Numbered from the stretch's first letter, positions 10,218 to 20,180 are shown. The stretch: DNA of 64,000 nucleotides from Rickettsiales bacterium (GCA_044355085.1 JBIKYU010000001.1:3177-67176), one strand, 5' to 3'. Notes: a model not told the origin generated them from the letters alone. Program-made: numbers and translations.

Positions 10218-11532
10218 TGCTTTAGAACAGGTGATAGCGCTGGCAAAACAAGGTGGAGCAACAGCAGCAGAAGCATATGGCAGTGATGATCGCGCTACTG
10301 AATTAACCGTCAGGCAAGGAGAGCGCGAATCAATAATAAAATCGCAGACGCAAACCCTAACTCTGCGCTTATGGCTTGGCATGAATGTCGTGAGTCTAAC
10401 ATCTAGCGATTTAGCCAAACCCGCACTTGCTTCGCTTGTTGAAGAAGCCTTGCTGCTTGCTAAGCAAGTTACGCCTGATCCGCTTGCATATTTAGCTGAA
10501 GATGATTTGCTCGCAAAAAATCCGCCCAATCTACAACTAGCCGATACAAAAAATCCTGATATTGCTGAGCTATTGGAAACGGCGCAAATAATGGAAGCAA
10601 AAGCGCTTGGTCATGCAGGTGTTGTAATGTCAGAAGGAGCTGATGTTTCCGCATCGTGGCATTACCGCTCTTTGCTTACATCTAGCGGATTTCATGGCCA
10701 TTATAATGTCAGTCATTTTGCGCGCTCGCTTTCAGTTGTAGCAGAAAGAAATGGTGAAAAAGAGCGCGACTATGCTTTTTCACAATCACGCTTTTATAGC
10801 GATTTAATGGATGCAGAAACTCTGGGCACAGAAGCTGCTTTGCGCAGTGTAAGCCGATTAGGAGCAAAAACTATTGCGACAAAATCAATGCCTGTTGTCT
10901 GGGATTGGCGCACAGCAAGACAATTTCTTGGCTATTTTTTATCAGCAATTAATGGCGCCTCAGTTGCGCGCGGCGGAAGTTTTTTGCAAAAATTTTTGGG
11001 CGAAAAAATTTTTCCCGAGCAAATTTCTATTTATCAAGATCCGCATTTAGCAAAAGGCTTGGCTTCTTGTCCTTTTGATGGCGAGGGCGTTAGAAATTCG
11101 CGCCTTGATCTTGTTAAAGATGGCGTGCTTAAAAATTGGCTTCTTGATACGCGCAGCGCTAAACAGCTGGGCCTGAAAACTAACGGCTCGGCGGTGCGCG
11201 CAAGCGGATTGCCTTCACCTGGAGCATCAAATGTTTTCTTAGCGCCTGGAAAAATCACCGAGCAGGAATTGCTCGCAGATATAAACGAGGGTTTTTATCT
11301 AACCGAAACCATTGGTATGGGCCTGAATTTAGTGACAGGAGATCTAAGTCTTGGCGCGGCTGGGTATCTGATTGAAAAAGGTGAGCGCACAATTCCTGTG
11401 CATGGAATTACCATTGCTGGTTCATTAATTGATCTTTTCGCGAACCTTACTCCAGCAAATAATTTGCGCTATGACAGCTCTTTTGTTTTACCGACGATTC
11501 GCACGGATGGCCTAATGATTGCAGGAGCGTGA
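10207..11532 (+). CDS. pmbA: TldD/PmbA family metalloprotease (PmbA-like)
   Basis: 441 aa with PmbA-type organisation. The C-terminal region contains GMGLNLVTGDLSLGAAGYLIEKGE. Confidence 0.85.
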   Translation: MINDALEQVIALAKQGGATAAEAYGSDDRATELTVRQGERESIIKSQTQTLTLRLWLGMNVVSLTSSDLAKPALASLVEEALLLAKQVTPDPLAYLAEDDLLAKNPPNLQLADTKNPDIAELLETAQIMEAKALGHAGVVMSEGADVSASWHYRSLLTSSGFHGHYNVSHFARSLSVVAERNGEKERDYAFSQSRFYSDLMDAETLGTEAALRSVSRLGAKTIATKSMPVVWDWRTARQFLGYFLSAINGASVARGGSFLQKFLGEKIFPEQISIYQDPHLAKGLASCPFDGEGVRNSRLDLVKDGVLKNWLLDTRSAKQLGLKTNGSAVRASGLPSPGASNVFLAPGKITEQELLADINEGFYLTETIGMGLNLVTGDLSLGAAGYLIEKGERTIPVHGITIAGSLIDLFANLTPANNLRYDSSFVLPTIRTDGLMIAGA

Positions 11533-13292
11533 GTCTTAAAGTGACAAATTCTGTTTACGAGAAATCTTCCTATCTGATTTTGCGTCTGCTTAGAGAATAT
11601 TTGCGCCCGCATTGGCGTAAGCTTGCTGTGGCGATTATCTGCATGCTGTTGGTTGCGGCGAGTACCGCGATGCATGCTTGGCTTATGCAGCCAGTTTTAG
11701 ATGATATTTTCCTGAAGAAAAATTCGACAATGCTGCTTGTTGTTCCTCTTGCTGTTCTAGCAATTACATTGGTTAAAGGCTTTGCTAGCTATGGTCAGTC
11801 GGTGATTATAAAAATTCTTGGTCAGAGAATGGTTACTGATTTGCAGGCCGATCTTTATCGTCACGTGCTTAGAGCAGATGTCGCGCAAACAGAGGAAGAA
11901 AGCGCTGGTAGGCTGCTTTCGCGCTTTCTGAATGATATTCAGTTGCTGCGCGTAACGACGGCGCAATTGCTTACGGCGCTCGCGCGCGAGAGCATCACTT
12001 TGGTGTTTTTAGTTGGGGTGATGTTTTATCAAAGTTTTCATCTTGCTTTGGTTGCTTTTTTAGCGTTTCCGCTTGGTGTTTATCCGATGATATTGCTGGG
12101 AAAACGCATGCGTCGCCTGTCACGCGCAAGGCAAGAAGCGCTTGGCGACTTCACCACACAGCTGCACGAAACTCTAACTGGTGGGCGCTTAATTCGCGCC
12201 TATCATCAGGAAGAAGCGGAGATCAAAAAAGCGACAGAAAAAATGGAGCGAGTTCATAATCTTTACGCGAAAGCGGCGCGCACGGAATCGCTTTCTTCGC
12301 CAATTATGGAGAGTTTAAGCGGCATAGCGATTGCAGCGGTGATCTGGTATGGCGGCTCACAAGTGCTTGCAGGAGAAACAACTCCTGGCGCATTTTTTTC
12401 GTTTATAACGGCGCTTTTAATGGCTTATAAGCCGATGAAAAGCCTGTCTGGTTTGAATACTTTACTACAAGAAGGTTTGGCAGCAGCAAGGCGCTTATTT
12501 TTGCTGATCGATACGCCGCCTACAATTGTTGATTCTGCACAGGCGAAGCCGCTTGTAATCGCTAAAGCTGAGGTTACTTATCGCAATGTTGCTTTTGCTT
12601 ATTCGAATGGAACTATGGCGCTGAAAAATATCTCGCTCGATTTATTGCCAGGAAAAACTGTTGCGCTAGTTGGTCCATCTGGCGGTGGTAAATCAACAGC
12701 AATGCAGCTTCTACCCCGTTTTTATGACGTTACAGATGGACAAATAGAAATCGATGGCCAGAACATCCGCGATGTAACTTTAGCTTCTCTGCGCAGCTCT
12801 ATTGCCATGGTAAGTCAGGATGTGATTTTATTTGAAGGCACTGTAGCGGAAAATATTTCCTATGGTTTACCCAATGCAACGCGCGCAGAAATTATTGAAG
12901 CTGCAAAAGCTGCTGCTGCAGATGGTTTCATAACTGCTTTGCCTGATGGTTACGATACATGGCTTGGAGCAGGAGAAACTGCTCTTTCTGGCGGGCAGCG
13001 CCAACGTTTAGCGATTGCGCGAGCGTTAATTAAAAATGCAGCGATTTTATTATTGGATGAAGCTACTTCTGCTCTTGATCCAGTGGCGGAACAACATGTA
13101 CAAGCGGCGCTGCGCAGGCTTACTACTGGGCGCACCACTCTGGTAATTGCGCATCGTTTATCTACGGTTTTAAATGCTGATTGCATTTATGTGATTGTGG
13201 ATGGAGAAGTAAAAGAGCGCGGGACACATTCTGAGCTAGTTGAGCAAAATGGCGTATATACTACGCTTTACAAGGAGTTGATGAAATCTTGA
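11529..13292 (+). CDS. msbA: ABC transporter permease/ATPase, lipid A exporter MsbA-like
   Basis: Six-TM exporter domain followed by Walker A (GPSGGGKST), the signature LSGGQRQRLAIARA, and Walker B (ILLLDEATSALD). A GTGA overlap joins it to pmbA. It sits directly upstream of waaA, lpxK and lpxL. Confidence 0.8.
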   Translation: MSLKVTNSVYEKSSYLILRLLREYLRPHWRKLAVAIICMLLVAASTAMHAWLMQPVLDDIFLKKNSTMLLVVPLAVLAITLVKGFASYGQSVIIKILGQRMVTDLQADLYRHVLRADVAQTEEESAGRLLSRFLNDIQLLRVTTAQLLTALARESITLVFLVGVMFYQSFHLALVAFLAFPLGVYPMILLGKRMRRLSRARQEALGDFTTQLHETLTGGRLIRAYHQEEAEIKKATEKMERVHNLYAKAARTESLSSPIMESLSGIAIAAVIWYGGSQVLAGETTPGAFFSFITALLMAYKPMKSLSGLNTLLQEGLAAARRLFLLIDTPPTIVDSAQAKPLVIAKAEVTYRNVAFAYSNGTMALKNISLDLLPGKTVALVGPSGGGKSTAMQLLPRFYDVTDGQIEIDGQNIRDVTLASLRSSIAMVSQDVILFEGTVAENISYGLPNATRAEIIEAAKAAAADGFITALPDGYDTWLGAGETALSGGQRQRLAIARALIKNAAILLLDEATSALDPVAEQHVQAALRRLTTGRTTLVIAHRLSTVLNADCIYVIVDGEVKERGTHSELVEQNGVYTTLYKELMKS

Positions 13293-13293
13293 T

Positions 13294-15228
13294 ATGCGTT
13301 TTTCTATTCGTAAAAACCCTATTTTTATAAGCATCCTTTCTCTGCTGATAAGCGTCTATATACGTTTGGTTTTTTTCAGCACAAAATGGAAATGGCGCTG
13401 GCATCCAGAATTTTTTGACCTACTCAATAATCGCCAGGCTTGCTTGGTGGCTTTTTGGCATAATCGCTTGTTGTTAATGGCTTGTTTTGCGCCGCATCCT
13501 TCGCAGTTGCACGCGGTAATTTCGCGTCATGCAGATGGATCTTTAACGGCTGAATGTCTAGCAAAGCTTGGCGTTAAAGCAATTCGTGGTTCTTCAAAAA
13601 AAGGCGCGTTTGGCGCAATGCTCGGTGTGCGCGAGGCACTTGCGCAAGGAAAAACTGTGGTTATCACGCCAGATGGGCCGCGCGGACCAGCTGAGAAAAT
13701 TCACGGAAATATCATTGCTTTGGCGCGCGAATATAATTTACCAATTTTGCCTTGCAGCTATGACACAAAATTTGGAATAAAACTTCCTAGCTGGGATAGT
13801 TTTCTGCTGAGCCTGCCTTTTGGAAGTGGCAGTTTCTGTGCGGGAGCGCCGATTTACGTGCGCGCTGAAGAAAGCGATGATGAAGCAAAAGCGCGGCTTG
13901 AGGAGGCTCTTGGAAATCTGACTGAACGAACGAAAGAAGCGCTTAAATATGCAGAGCCTTTGCTGCTGATTTTTTATGCTTCCTGCTTACGCATTTTTGC
14001 GCCAGTTATTTATTTGTGGCTGCATTATCGCCGCAAAAAAAACAAAGAAAGCAACGAGCGTTTTGCTGAGCGTTTGGGCAGGGCTTCGCTGCCCAGGCCA
14101 CGCGGAAAATTACTATGGATGCATGCTGCAAGTGTTGGGGAATCTTTAGCAATTTTGCCTTTGCTAGAGAATTGGTTGGCGCATGGGGAACATCCGAATT
14201 TTTTGGTAACTAGCGGCACCGTGACTTCTGCAAATCTTTTAAAACAGCGCCTCCCAGCTGGTGTTATTCATCAATTTGTGCCGATTGATTTACCTTCTGC
14301 TGTGCAGAAATTTTTAGAGCATTGGCGGCCTGATATTTTATGTTTGGTGGAATCAGAATTATGGCCGATTTTAATTCGCGAGACGGCGCGCTACGCACCG
14401 ATTGCAGTAATAAATGGAAGATTATCTCCGCGCGCTTTTGCCAAATGGAGCCGCCTGGGGAGAATGGCGCGCGCTGCGGTTTTCCCACGTCTTGATGTGG
14501 TTCTTGCGCAAAGTAATATTGATGCTGATCGCTTTTCTCGTCTTGGTGCAGAAAATGTTTCTCTGGTTGGTAATTTAAAATGGGCTGCGCCGCCTCTGCC
14601 AAATAATCAGGAACTTTTTACAAATATATTTGAGGCCTGGAAAGGCCGTATAGTCTGGCTTGCAGCCAGTACACATGCAGGTGAGGAGGAAATTCTACTG
14701 CGTGTTTTTGCGAAGTTAAAAATTCTGCATCCTAATTTAGTTTTGCTAATTGCGCCGCGCCATCCTGCGCGGGGAGAGGAAATTCTGAATCTTGCAAAAG
14801 CCTTGGGATACAACAGCTGCAGACGTTCTGAAGAAAAATTTCCGCATGCGGAAACAGAGGTTTTTATTGCTGATACTATTGGCGAATTAGGTACTTTATA
14901 TCGTTTATCTCAGTTGGTTTTTATGGGCGGATCTTTGGTGCCGCATGGAGGACAAAACCCTCTGGAAGCCGCTCGTTTCGCTTGTTGCCTTCTGCAAGGC
15001 CCATACACGCATAATTTTATCGACATTGGCTCAATGTTACAAAGTAACAATGCAGTTAATGTTGTTGCCGATGAAAATGGTTTGCTGGAAAAAATGGAAT
15101 GGTTACTCCAGCATCCACAAGAGCGCTCAGAATATGCAAAATCTGCCGAAGCTTTGACTAAATCTCATGATTTTCTGCTCGTTCAATATCGCGAAGCTTT
15201 GCAGAATTTACTGGATGAGAAGAAATGA
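13294..15228 (+). CDS. waaA: fusion protein: DUF374 (lysophospholipid-acyltransferase-like) domain + 3-deoxy-D-manno-octulosonic acid transferase (WaaA/KdtA)
   Basis: The N-terminal 220 aa carry FWHNRLL...SRHADGSL...RGSSKKGAFGAM...ITPDGPRGP, the DUF374 pattern. From about residue 225 the sequence is typical WaaA: a TM anchor, RFAERLG and WMHAASVGES. It is one uninterrupted 644-aa frame. Confidence 0.85.
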   Translation: MRFSIRKNPIFISILSLLISVYIRLVFFSTKWKWRWHPEFFDLLNNRQACLVAFWHNRLLLMACFAPHPSQLHAVISRHADGSLTAECLAKLGVKAIRGSSKKGAFGAMLGVREALAQGKTVVITPDGPRGPAEKIHGNIIALAREYNLPILPCSYDTKFGIKLPSWDSFLLSLPFGSGSFCAGAPIYVRAEESDDEAKARLEEALGNLTERTKEALKYAEPLLLIFYASCLRIFAPVIYLWLHYRRKKNKESNERFAERLGRASLPRPRGKLLWMHAASVGESLAILPLLENWLAHGEHPNFLVTSGTVTSANLLKQRLPAGVIHQFVPIDLPSAVQKFLEHWRPDILCLVESELWPILIRETARYAPIAVINGRLSPRAFAKWSRLGRMARAAVFPRLDVVLAQSNIDADRFSRLGAENVSLVGNLKWAAPPLPNNQELFTNIFEAWKGRIVWLAASTHAGEEEILLRVFAKLKILHPNLVLLIAPRHPARGEEILNLAKALGYNSCRRSEEKFPHAETEVFIADTIGELGTLYRLSQLVFMGGSLVPHGGQNPLEAARFACCLLQGPYTHNFIDIGSMLQSNNAVNVVADENGLLEKMEWLLQHPQERSEYAKSAEALTKSHDFLLVQYREALQNLLDEKK

Positions 15229-16229
15229 AAAAATGGCTCAGAACATTTTTTCCAAGTTATTGGAGAAAGCGCCATATGGCGCTTTTTTGCTTGATTCCAG
15301 CGGGTTTGTTGTGGCAAATTATTTTACGCGCACGCTGGTTTTTGTTAAATGATTGCGGCAAAAAGCCCGAGAGAAAAATTCCGCTTTGGTGTTTTGGCAA
15401 TGTTGTAGTTGGCGGGGCGGGCAAAACTCCTGCTCTTCTTGCGGTGGCAAAACTATTAGAAGAACTTTCATTTTCTGTTGCATGCATTAGCAAAGGTTAT
15501 GGGAAAAAAAATCCGCTTTTGGCATCTCTGCGCGTTGACCCAGAAACGCACACAGCGTCAGAAGTAGGAGATGAGCCGCTTTTACTCGCACGATATCTTC
15601 CCACTTTTGTTTGTGATCGTCGTGAATTAGCCTATCAAGCGGCTTGTGCAAGCGGTGCTGATTTTGTTTTTGCTGATGATGGACTGCAAGATCCGCGCTT
15701 ATTTCCGACCAATTCTTTTTTGATTTTTGATGGAAATAATGGCTTTGGTAATGGCTGGTTTTTGCCCGCAGGACCTGTGCGCGAGAGCCTAAAATTTGCT
15801 CTTTCGCGCTGCTTTGCCGTGCTTTGTATGTCGGATGGGAGCAAAAGCCTGGCGCGGCTGGAGATTGGCTCCAAGCCTAAGTTTGAAGCCATAAGATCTG
15901 TTGATATTTCTGCTGTTGCTGATAAAAAATTGATCGCTTTCGCTGGCATTGCCAAGCCTGCTGCATTTTTTCAAGCACTGCCAAAAAACTTTCTTTTATA
16001 TCAGCGCGAATTTCCTGATCATTACTTCTATCAAGAAAAAGATTTATTGGAATTAGAAGAAATCGCACAAAAAAATCAGGCTTTAATGGTGACTACGGAA
16101 AAAGATTTTGTACGCCTGCCCAAGCATTGGCGTGACAAAATAATTGTTCTCAATTTGCATATTGAGTGGAAAAACAGGGATGAATTTTTGCACTGGCTGC
16201 TTGAAAAATCAAAAGCGGAGCGGCTGTAA
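15225..16229 (+). CDS. lpxK: tetraacyldisaccharide 4'-kinase
   Basis: GNVVVGGAGKTP P-loop and DDGLQD motif. ATGA overlap with waaA. Confidence 0.9.
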   Translation: MKKWLRTFFPSYWRKRHMALFCLIPAGLLWQIILRARWFLLNDCGKKPERKIPLWCFGNVVVGGAGKTPALLAVAKLLEELSFSVACISKGYGKKNPLLASLRVDPETHTASEVGDEPLLLARYLPTFVCDRRELAYQAACASGADFVFADDGLQDPRLFPTNSFLIFDGNNGFGNGWFLPAGPVRESLKFALSRCFAVLCMSDGSKSLARLEIGSKPKFEAIRSVDISAVADKKLIAFAGIAKPAAFFQALPKNFLLYQREFPDHYFYQEKDLLELEEIAQKNQALMVTTEKDFVRLPKHWRDKIIVLNLHIEWKNRDEFLHWLLEKSKAERL

Positions 16230-17134
16230 TGCCTGGTTTTCCTAATAAAAAATGCACTTCTAGTTTTGCGCGCTATTTTTTAGAATGGCTTTTGCTTTTT
16301 TTAATTTACAAAATTTTTCAAGCGCTTCCTTTTAAATGCGCTTCCGATTTAGGCGGCGCATTAGGAAAATTTATCGGTCCATTACTGCGCGTCAACAATG
16401 TTGCTGCTGATAATATTGCTCTGGCTTTTCCTGATTTTAATTCCGAAAAACGCGCAGAGATTTTGCAAAAAATGTGGGAAAATCTTGGCCGCACTGTTGC
16501 AGAATTTCCGCATATTAGCGTTTTATCAGATAAGGATTTCTACAAATATGTTGAGGTTGAGGGTGCAGATAAATTTCATTCTCTGGAGCAGAAAAAACAA
16601 GGCGGAATAATGATTTCAGGCCATTTTGCTAATTGGGAATTAGCGCCAAAAACCGCCGCAGTGCTGGAGAAAAAACTGGCATTAATTTATCGCCCTGCGA
16701 ACAATCCTTGGGTCGAAAAATTCATTCAGAACCATCGAAAATCATATCAAGCAGAAGCATTGCCAAAAGGCGTGCGCGGCGCTAGGCGAGCATTGGCGGT
16801 GCTTAAAGATGGCGGCTTGCTTGGCATGTTGGTTGACCAAAAAATGAATGATGGAATTGCGGTGCCTTTTTTAGGACGAGACGCAATGACTGCATCTGCA
16901 GTTGCGGCTCTGGCGCGTAAATTTTCTGCCGCAATTTTGCCTGCACGCGTTATTCGCCTAAGTGGAATTCATTTCAAAGTTATTGTCGAAGAACCAATTT
17001 TTGTGGCGCAAAGTGAAAATGCCGATGCCGATATTTTTGCCATGCTGGTGGAAATCAATCAGCGCCTAGAAGGCTGGATTCGTGAGCATCCCGAGCAATG
17101 GTTTTGGGTGCATAAACGCTGGCCCAAACCATAG
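16229..17134 (+). CDS. lipid A biosynthesis lauroyl/late acyltransferase (LpxL/HtrB family)
   Basis: 301 aa with an N-terminal anchor, a GHFANWE (HX4E) acyltransferase motif, and a C-terminal EQWFWVHKRWK-like motif. One-nt overlap with the lpxK stop. Confidence 0.8.
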   Translation: MPGFPNKKCTSSFARYFLEWLLLFLIYKIFQALPFKCASDLGGALGKFIGPLLRVNNVAADNIALAFPDFNSEKRAEILQKMWENLGRTVAEFPHISVLSDKDFYKYVEVEGADKFHSLEQKKQGGIMISGHFANWELAPKTAAVLEKKLALIYRPANNPWVEKFIQNHRKSYQAEALPKGVRGARRALAVLKDGGLLGMLVDQKMNDGIAVPFLGRDAMTASAVAALARKFSAAILPARVIRLSGIHFKVIVEEPIFVAQSENADADIFAMLVEINQRLEGWIREHPEQWFWVHKRWPKP

Positions 17135-17178
17135 CAAACTAGAAGCTAATTTCGCATGCCTAAAAATATGAAGTGGTA

Positions 17179-18393
17179 TTATTTGCCAACCCAACTGCGA
17201 TAACTAACGGCAGGAGAGAAAAAATTTCCTTGTAGGAAATCTACTTTCATTGAACGCAAGACCTCGGCAATCTCCATGGATTCCACGAATTCAGCCACGG
17301 TTCTTAGATTCAAACCTTGGGTAAAATCCAGAAGCGTACGAATGAAATGCCGGCTTTTCTCGCTTTCAGCAACATCACGTACGAATGCACCATCAATTTT
17401 TATCAAATCTATTTGCAATTTTTTGAGATGCGAAAATGAGGTAAAACCCGCGCCAAAATCATCAAGCGCAATCTGACAGCCCAAGTCTTTCAAAGTTTTG
17501 ATGAAGCGCTCGGTCTTGCGGAAATCTTTAATTTCCGTGGTTTCGGTGATTTCAACAATCAGCCTTTTGGCAATATCTTCTTGCGCTAGTAATTTCATCG
17601 CCATGGTCAGCCATTCTGATTGTGCAATAGTTTCATTAGAAACATTAAGCGAAAGTTTCACCTGCGGAGATGCACGCATTTCATCCACAACCATCTGCAA
17701 AACCATTGCATCAAGCATGTGGATAAATCCCATTTTTTCAGCAACAGGAATGAATGGGCCGGCAGAAATCGGCTGGCCATGACTGTCAATCACACGCAAA
17801 AGACTTTCGTGATAGGCTACCTCGCCAGAATGTGCAGAAACTATCGGCTGAAAGGCAAGGCGGAGTTTTTTATTCAGCAATGCATCTTGCAAATAAGTAG
17901 CCAAAATAAGGCGATTACGCGACTCATTGGGCAGCGATCTGCGGTCATGATAGGAAGTGTAATGACGATTGCTGTCGCGCGCGTCTTGTAAAGCGATATA
18001 GGCCTGGTCTTCAATGGATTCAGGTGTGTTATTTTGATTGGGGTTGAAGAAAGATGCACCGATGCGAGGAATCATGCAAATTGGCTCTGGCATTGCTGTA
18101 CAGGCAAAAACTTGAATGTGATCTATCAGCTTCCTAACTAAAGACTCGGTTTGCCCTTCTGGATGATCAACGAGAAGAATGTAAAGGCGGTCGCGCTCGT
18201 GCTGAATAATTGCATCATCGGGTGAGAGTAATTTGGGAATATCAGCAACCAGCTTCTCCATTGCATCCTCGGCAAAGGCGCGCCCATGGCTGCTTATAAT
18301 CATGAACATAGACTCAATAGCGACATCGAGTAGAACGCCAGATTTTTTATTTGCTAATGCTTCTTGCAAAATATTTCGTATTTTTTTTTCCAA
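17179..18393 (-). CDS. EAL-domain cyclic-di-GMP phosphodiesterase with an uncharacterised N-terminal domain
   Basis: The C-terminal 250 aa carry LAFQPIV, ESLLR (an EAL variant), LSLNVS, EITE, DDFGAGFTSFSHL, KIDGAFV, AEFVES and LQGNFF. Confidence 0.85.
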   Translation of the reverse strand: MEKKIRNILQEALANKKSGVLLDVAIESMFMIISSHGRAFAEDAMEKLVADIPKLLSPDDAIIQHERDRLYILLVDHPEGQTESLVRKLIDHIQVFACTAMPEPICMIPRIGASFFNPNQNNTPESIEDQAYIALQDARDSNRHYTSYHDRRSLPNESRNRLILATYLQDALLNKKLRLAFQPIVSAHSGEVAYHESLLRVIDSHGQPISAGPFIPVAEKMGFIHMLDAMVLQMVVDEMRASPQVKLSLNVSNETIAQSEWLTMAMKLLAQEDIAKRLIVEITETTEIKDFRKTERFIKTLKDLGCQIALDDFGAGFTSFSHLKKLQIDLIKIDGAFVRDVAESEKSRHFIRTLLDFTQGLNLRTVAEFVESMEIAEVLRSMKVDFLQGNFFSPAVSYRSWVGK

Positions 18394-18860
18394 GCGAAAC
18401 TCCCCACTCGGTGAATGATTTGCGGCAGAGACTAGAGGCGTTTACTTAACAAATTCTTAATAACAGTACTTCATTTTTTTAAGCAAAAAGAGGAGAGAAA
18501 AGTTTTTTAATAGTGCGCTAAAAAATAATTTGAGCGACGAAGACTTGTATGAGCAAAATAAATTGGATTGGCACGAGATAAAATTAAAGCTTTTTGCGGC
18601 CCGACCGGAATATATAACCCGAAAAGAACAGCTTTAATCTAGTTGATTTTATTTTTCTGCAGGACCATGAAAACAAACAGCTTGTGAATCCTTCACAAGA
18701 TGGGCCCTGCTTTTACGGGAGGTGGTGGGCTCCCTGAAAAAACCCACCACATAGCCAGTCAAAGGCCTTGGAGTCGTAACTCTCTTTATAAGAAAGGAGT
18801 GCTTATGACAAAAAAGTTGAGGCGCGCGGCTACTGGATTTATACAATTTTATTTATTTTT

Positions 18861-20180
18861 CTAGATTTTCTTAGAGCTGTGCTCTTTATCACTAATCCAC
18901 TCCAGAAACAAACGTCTAATTCGGCTTATTTCGCGGCATATTTCTGCTTTTGGTGAAAGCTGTTCTTTGGCCCATTGCCGCACCCATGGCTCGGCCAAAG
19001 TCCACAGATTAACCTCAGGATAAAGCTTGGCTCCCACTGCTTCTAAAATCACCAAGCTTTTTTGTAGAAGCAATAATTGTGGCTGTGTGGGCATAGAAAA
19101 TTGCTCTGTTACTTGAAAAAGCTGGGCGAGCAAATTAGCGATTGAGATTTTCTGCACGGGCAAGCCGATTATTGGCTCACCAATTGCACGACAAGCGAGT
19201 GCAAATTCCTGCTGACTATATTTTGAAGGAACATAACCAGCTTCAAAATGAACGGCCGCAACGGCGTTGTAATCGCGCTCAACGAAGCCTTTTAAAATGC
19301 GCGCGACATATAATTTTGTGTCTTCTTCTAAAATTCCCATGATGCCAAAATCAATAGGCACTATGCGGCCCGCACGATCAACCAGTAAATTTCCTGGGTG
19401 AATATCGGCGTGGAAAAAACCATGACGGTAGGCCTGGTTGAAGAAACTAACCACCAATCTTTCTGCTAAATGACGCCGATTGAAGCCTTGCTCTTCAAGC
19501 TTTTCAACCTCGTCGATAGCAACGCCGTCAATCCATTCAAGCGTAAGAATTTTTCTGCGCGTTAGCGACCAATTGATTGCGGGAACATAAAAATCTGCCT
19601 CATCTTTCATTTGGATTTTTAGTGCGTCCGCTGCGGCTGCTTCCAGGCGCAGATCAAGTTCTTTGCGAATTGTCGTTTCTAATAATTCCACGATATCCAA
19701 AGGACGCAAACGCCTGAACCTAGGGAAAAGCGCAATTATGCGCGCACCAGATCTTAGCAAAGCTAAATCTATAGCAAATTTTTGGTCAATTTTCGGGCGC
19801 AGAATTTTTACTGCCACCAGTTTTCCATCTAATGTTTGTGCTTTATGGACTTGCGCAACTGAAGCTGCAGCGACTGGCTTCTCATCTATTGTCAAAAAAA
19901 TTTCTGCAAGCTGCGCGCCAAACTCCGCCTCTAGCAAGCGTTTTGCATGAATAAATGGAAAAGGCGGAACATTATCTTGCAGGCTTGTTAGTGCCAAAGC
20001 GACATCAGCGCCAACAATATCAGGACGAACAGAAAGAATTTGCCCCAACTTAATCAAAGTTGGCCCGAAGAAATGTATCTTACGCGCCAAAGCAACGCGT
20101 TTACTTGGGAAAAAACGCCAGCAGAAAAATAACATCACCCATTTAAATGCTGCAATAAACCAATTAATCATATGCGCCAT
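18861..20180 (-). CDS. ubiB: ubiquinone biosynthesis protein kinase UbiB (ABC1/aarF family)
   Basis: GPTLIKLGQILSVRPDIVG, AAASVAQVHKA and FFHADIHPGNLLV. It lies downstream of ubiE with a 13-nt overlap. Confidence 0.9.
   Translation of the reverse strand: MAHMINWFIAAFKWVMLFFCWRFFPSKRVALARKIHFFGPTLIKLGQILSVRPDIVGADVALALTSLQDNVPPFPFIHAKRLLEAEFGAQLAEIFLTIDEKPVAAASVAQVHKAQTLDGKLVAVKILRPKIDQKFAIDLALLRSGARIIALFPRFRRLRPLDIVELLETTIRKELDLRLEAAAADALKIQMKDEADFYVPAINWSLTRRKILTLEWIDGVAIDEVEKLEEQGFNRRHLAERLVVSFFNQAYRHGFFHADIHPGNLLVDRAGRIVPIDFGIMGILEEDTKLYVARILKGFVERDYNAVAAVHFEAGYVPSKYSQQEFALACRAIGEPIIGLPVQKISIANLLAQLFQVTEQFSMPTQPQLLLLQKSLVILEAVGAKLYPEVNLWTLAEPWVRQWAKEQLSPKAEICREISRIRRLFLEWISDKEHSSKKI

Noticed and set aside
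18649-18846. A 65-aa minus-strand ORF in the ubiB-EAL spacer, and the possibility that the spacer holds SRP RNA, RNase P RNA, tmRNA or 6S RNA.
   Set aside because: The ORF translation is not protein-like and has no ribosome-binding site. I could not find the diagnostic strings of these RNAs: GAGGAAAGUCC for RNase P, the GGAA/AGCA domain IV for SRP, or a tag-peptide reading frame with a tRNA-like 3' end for tmRNA. The region is kept only as an unclassified structured element.
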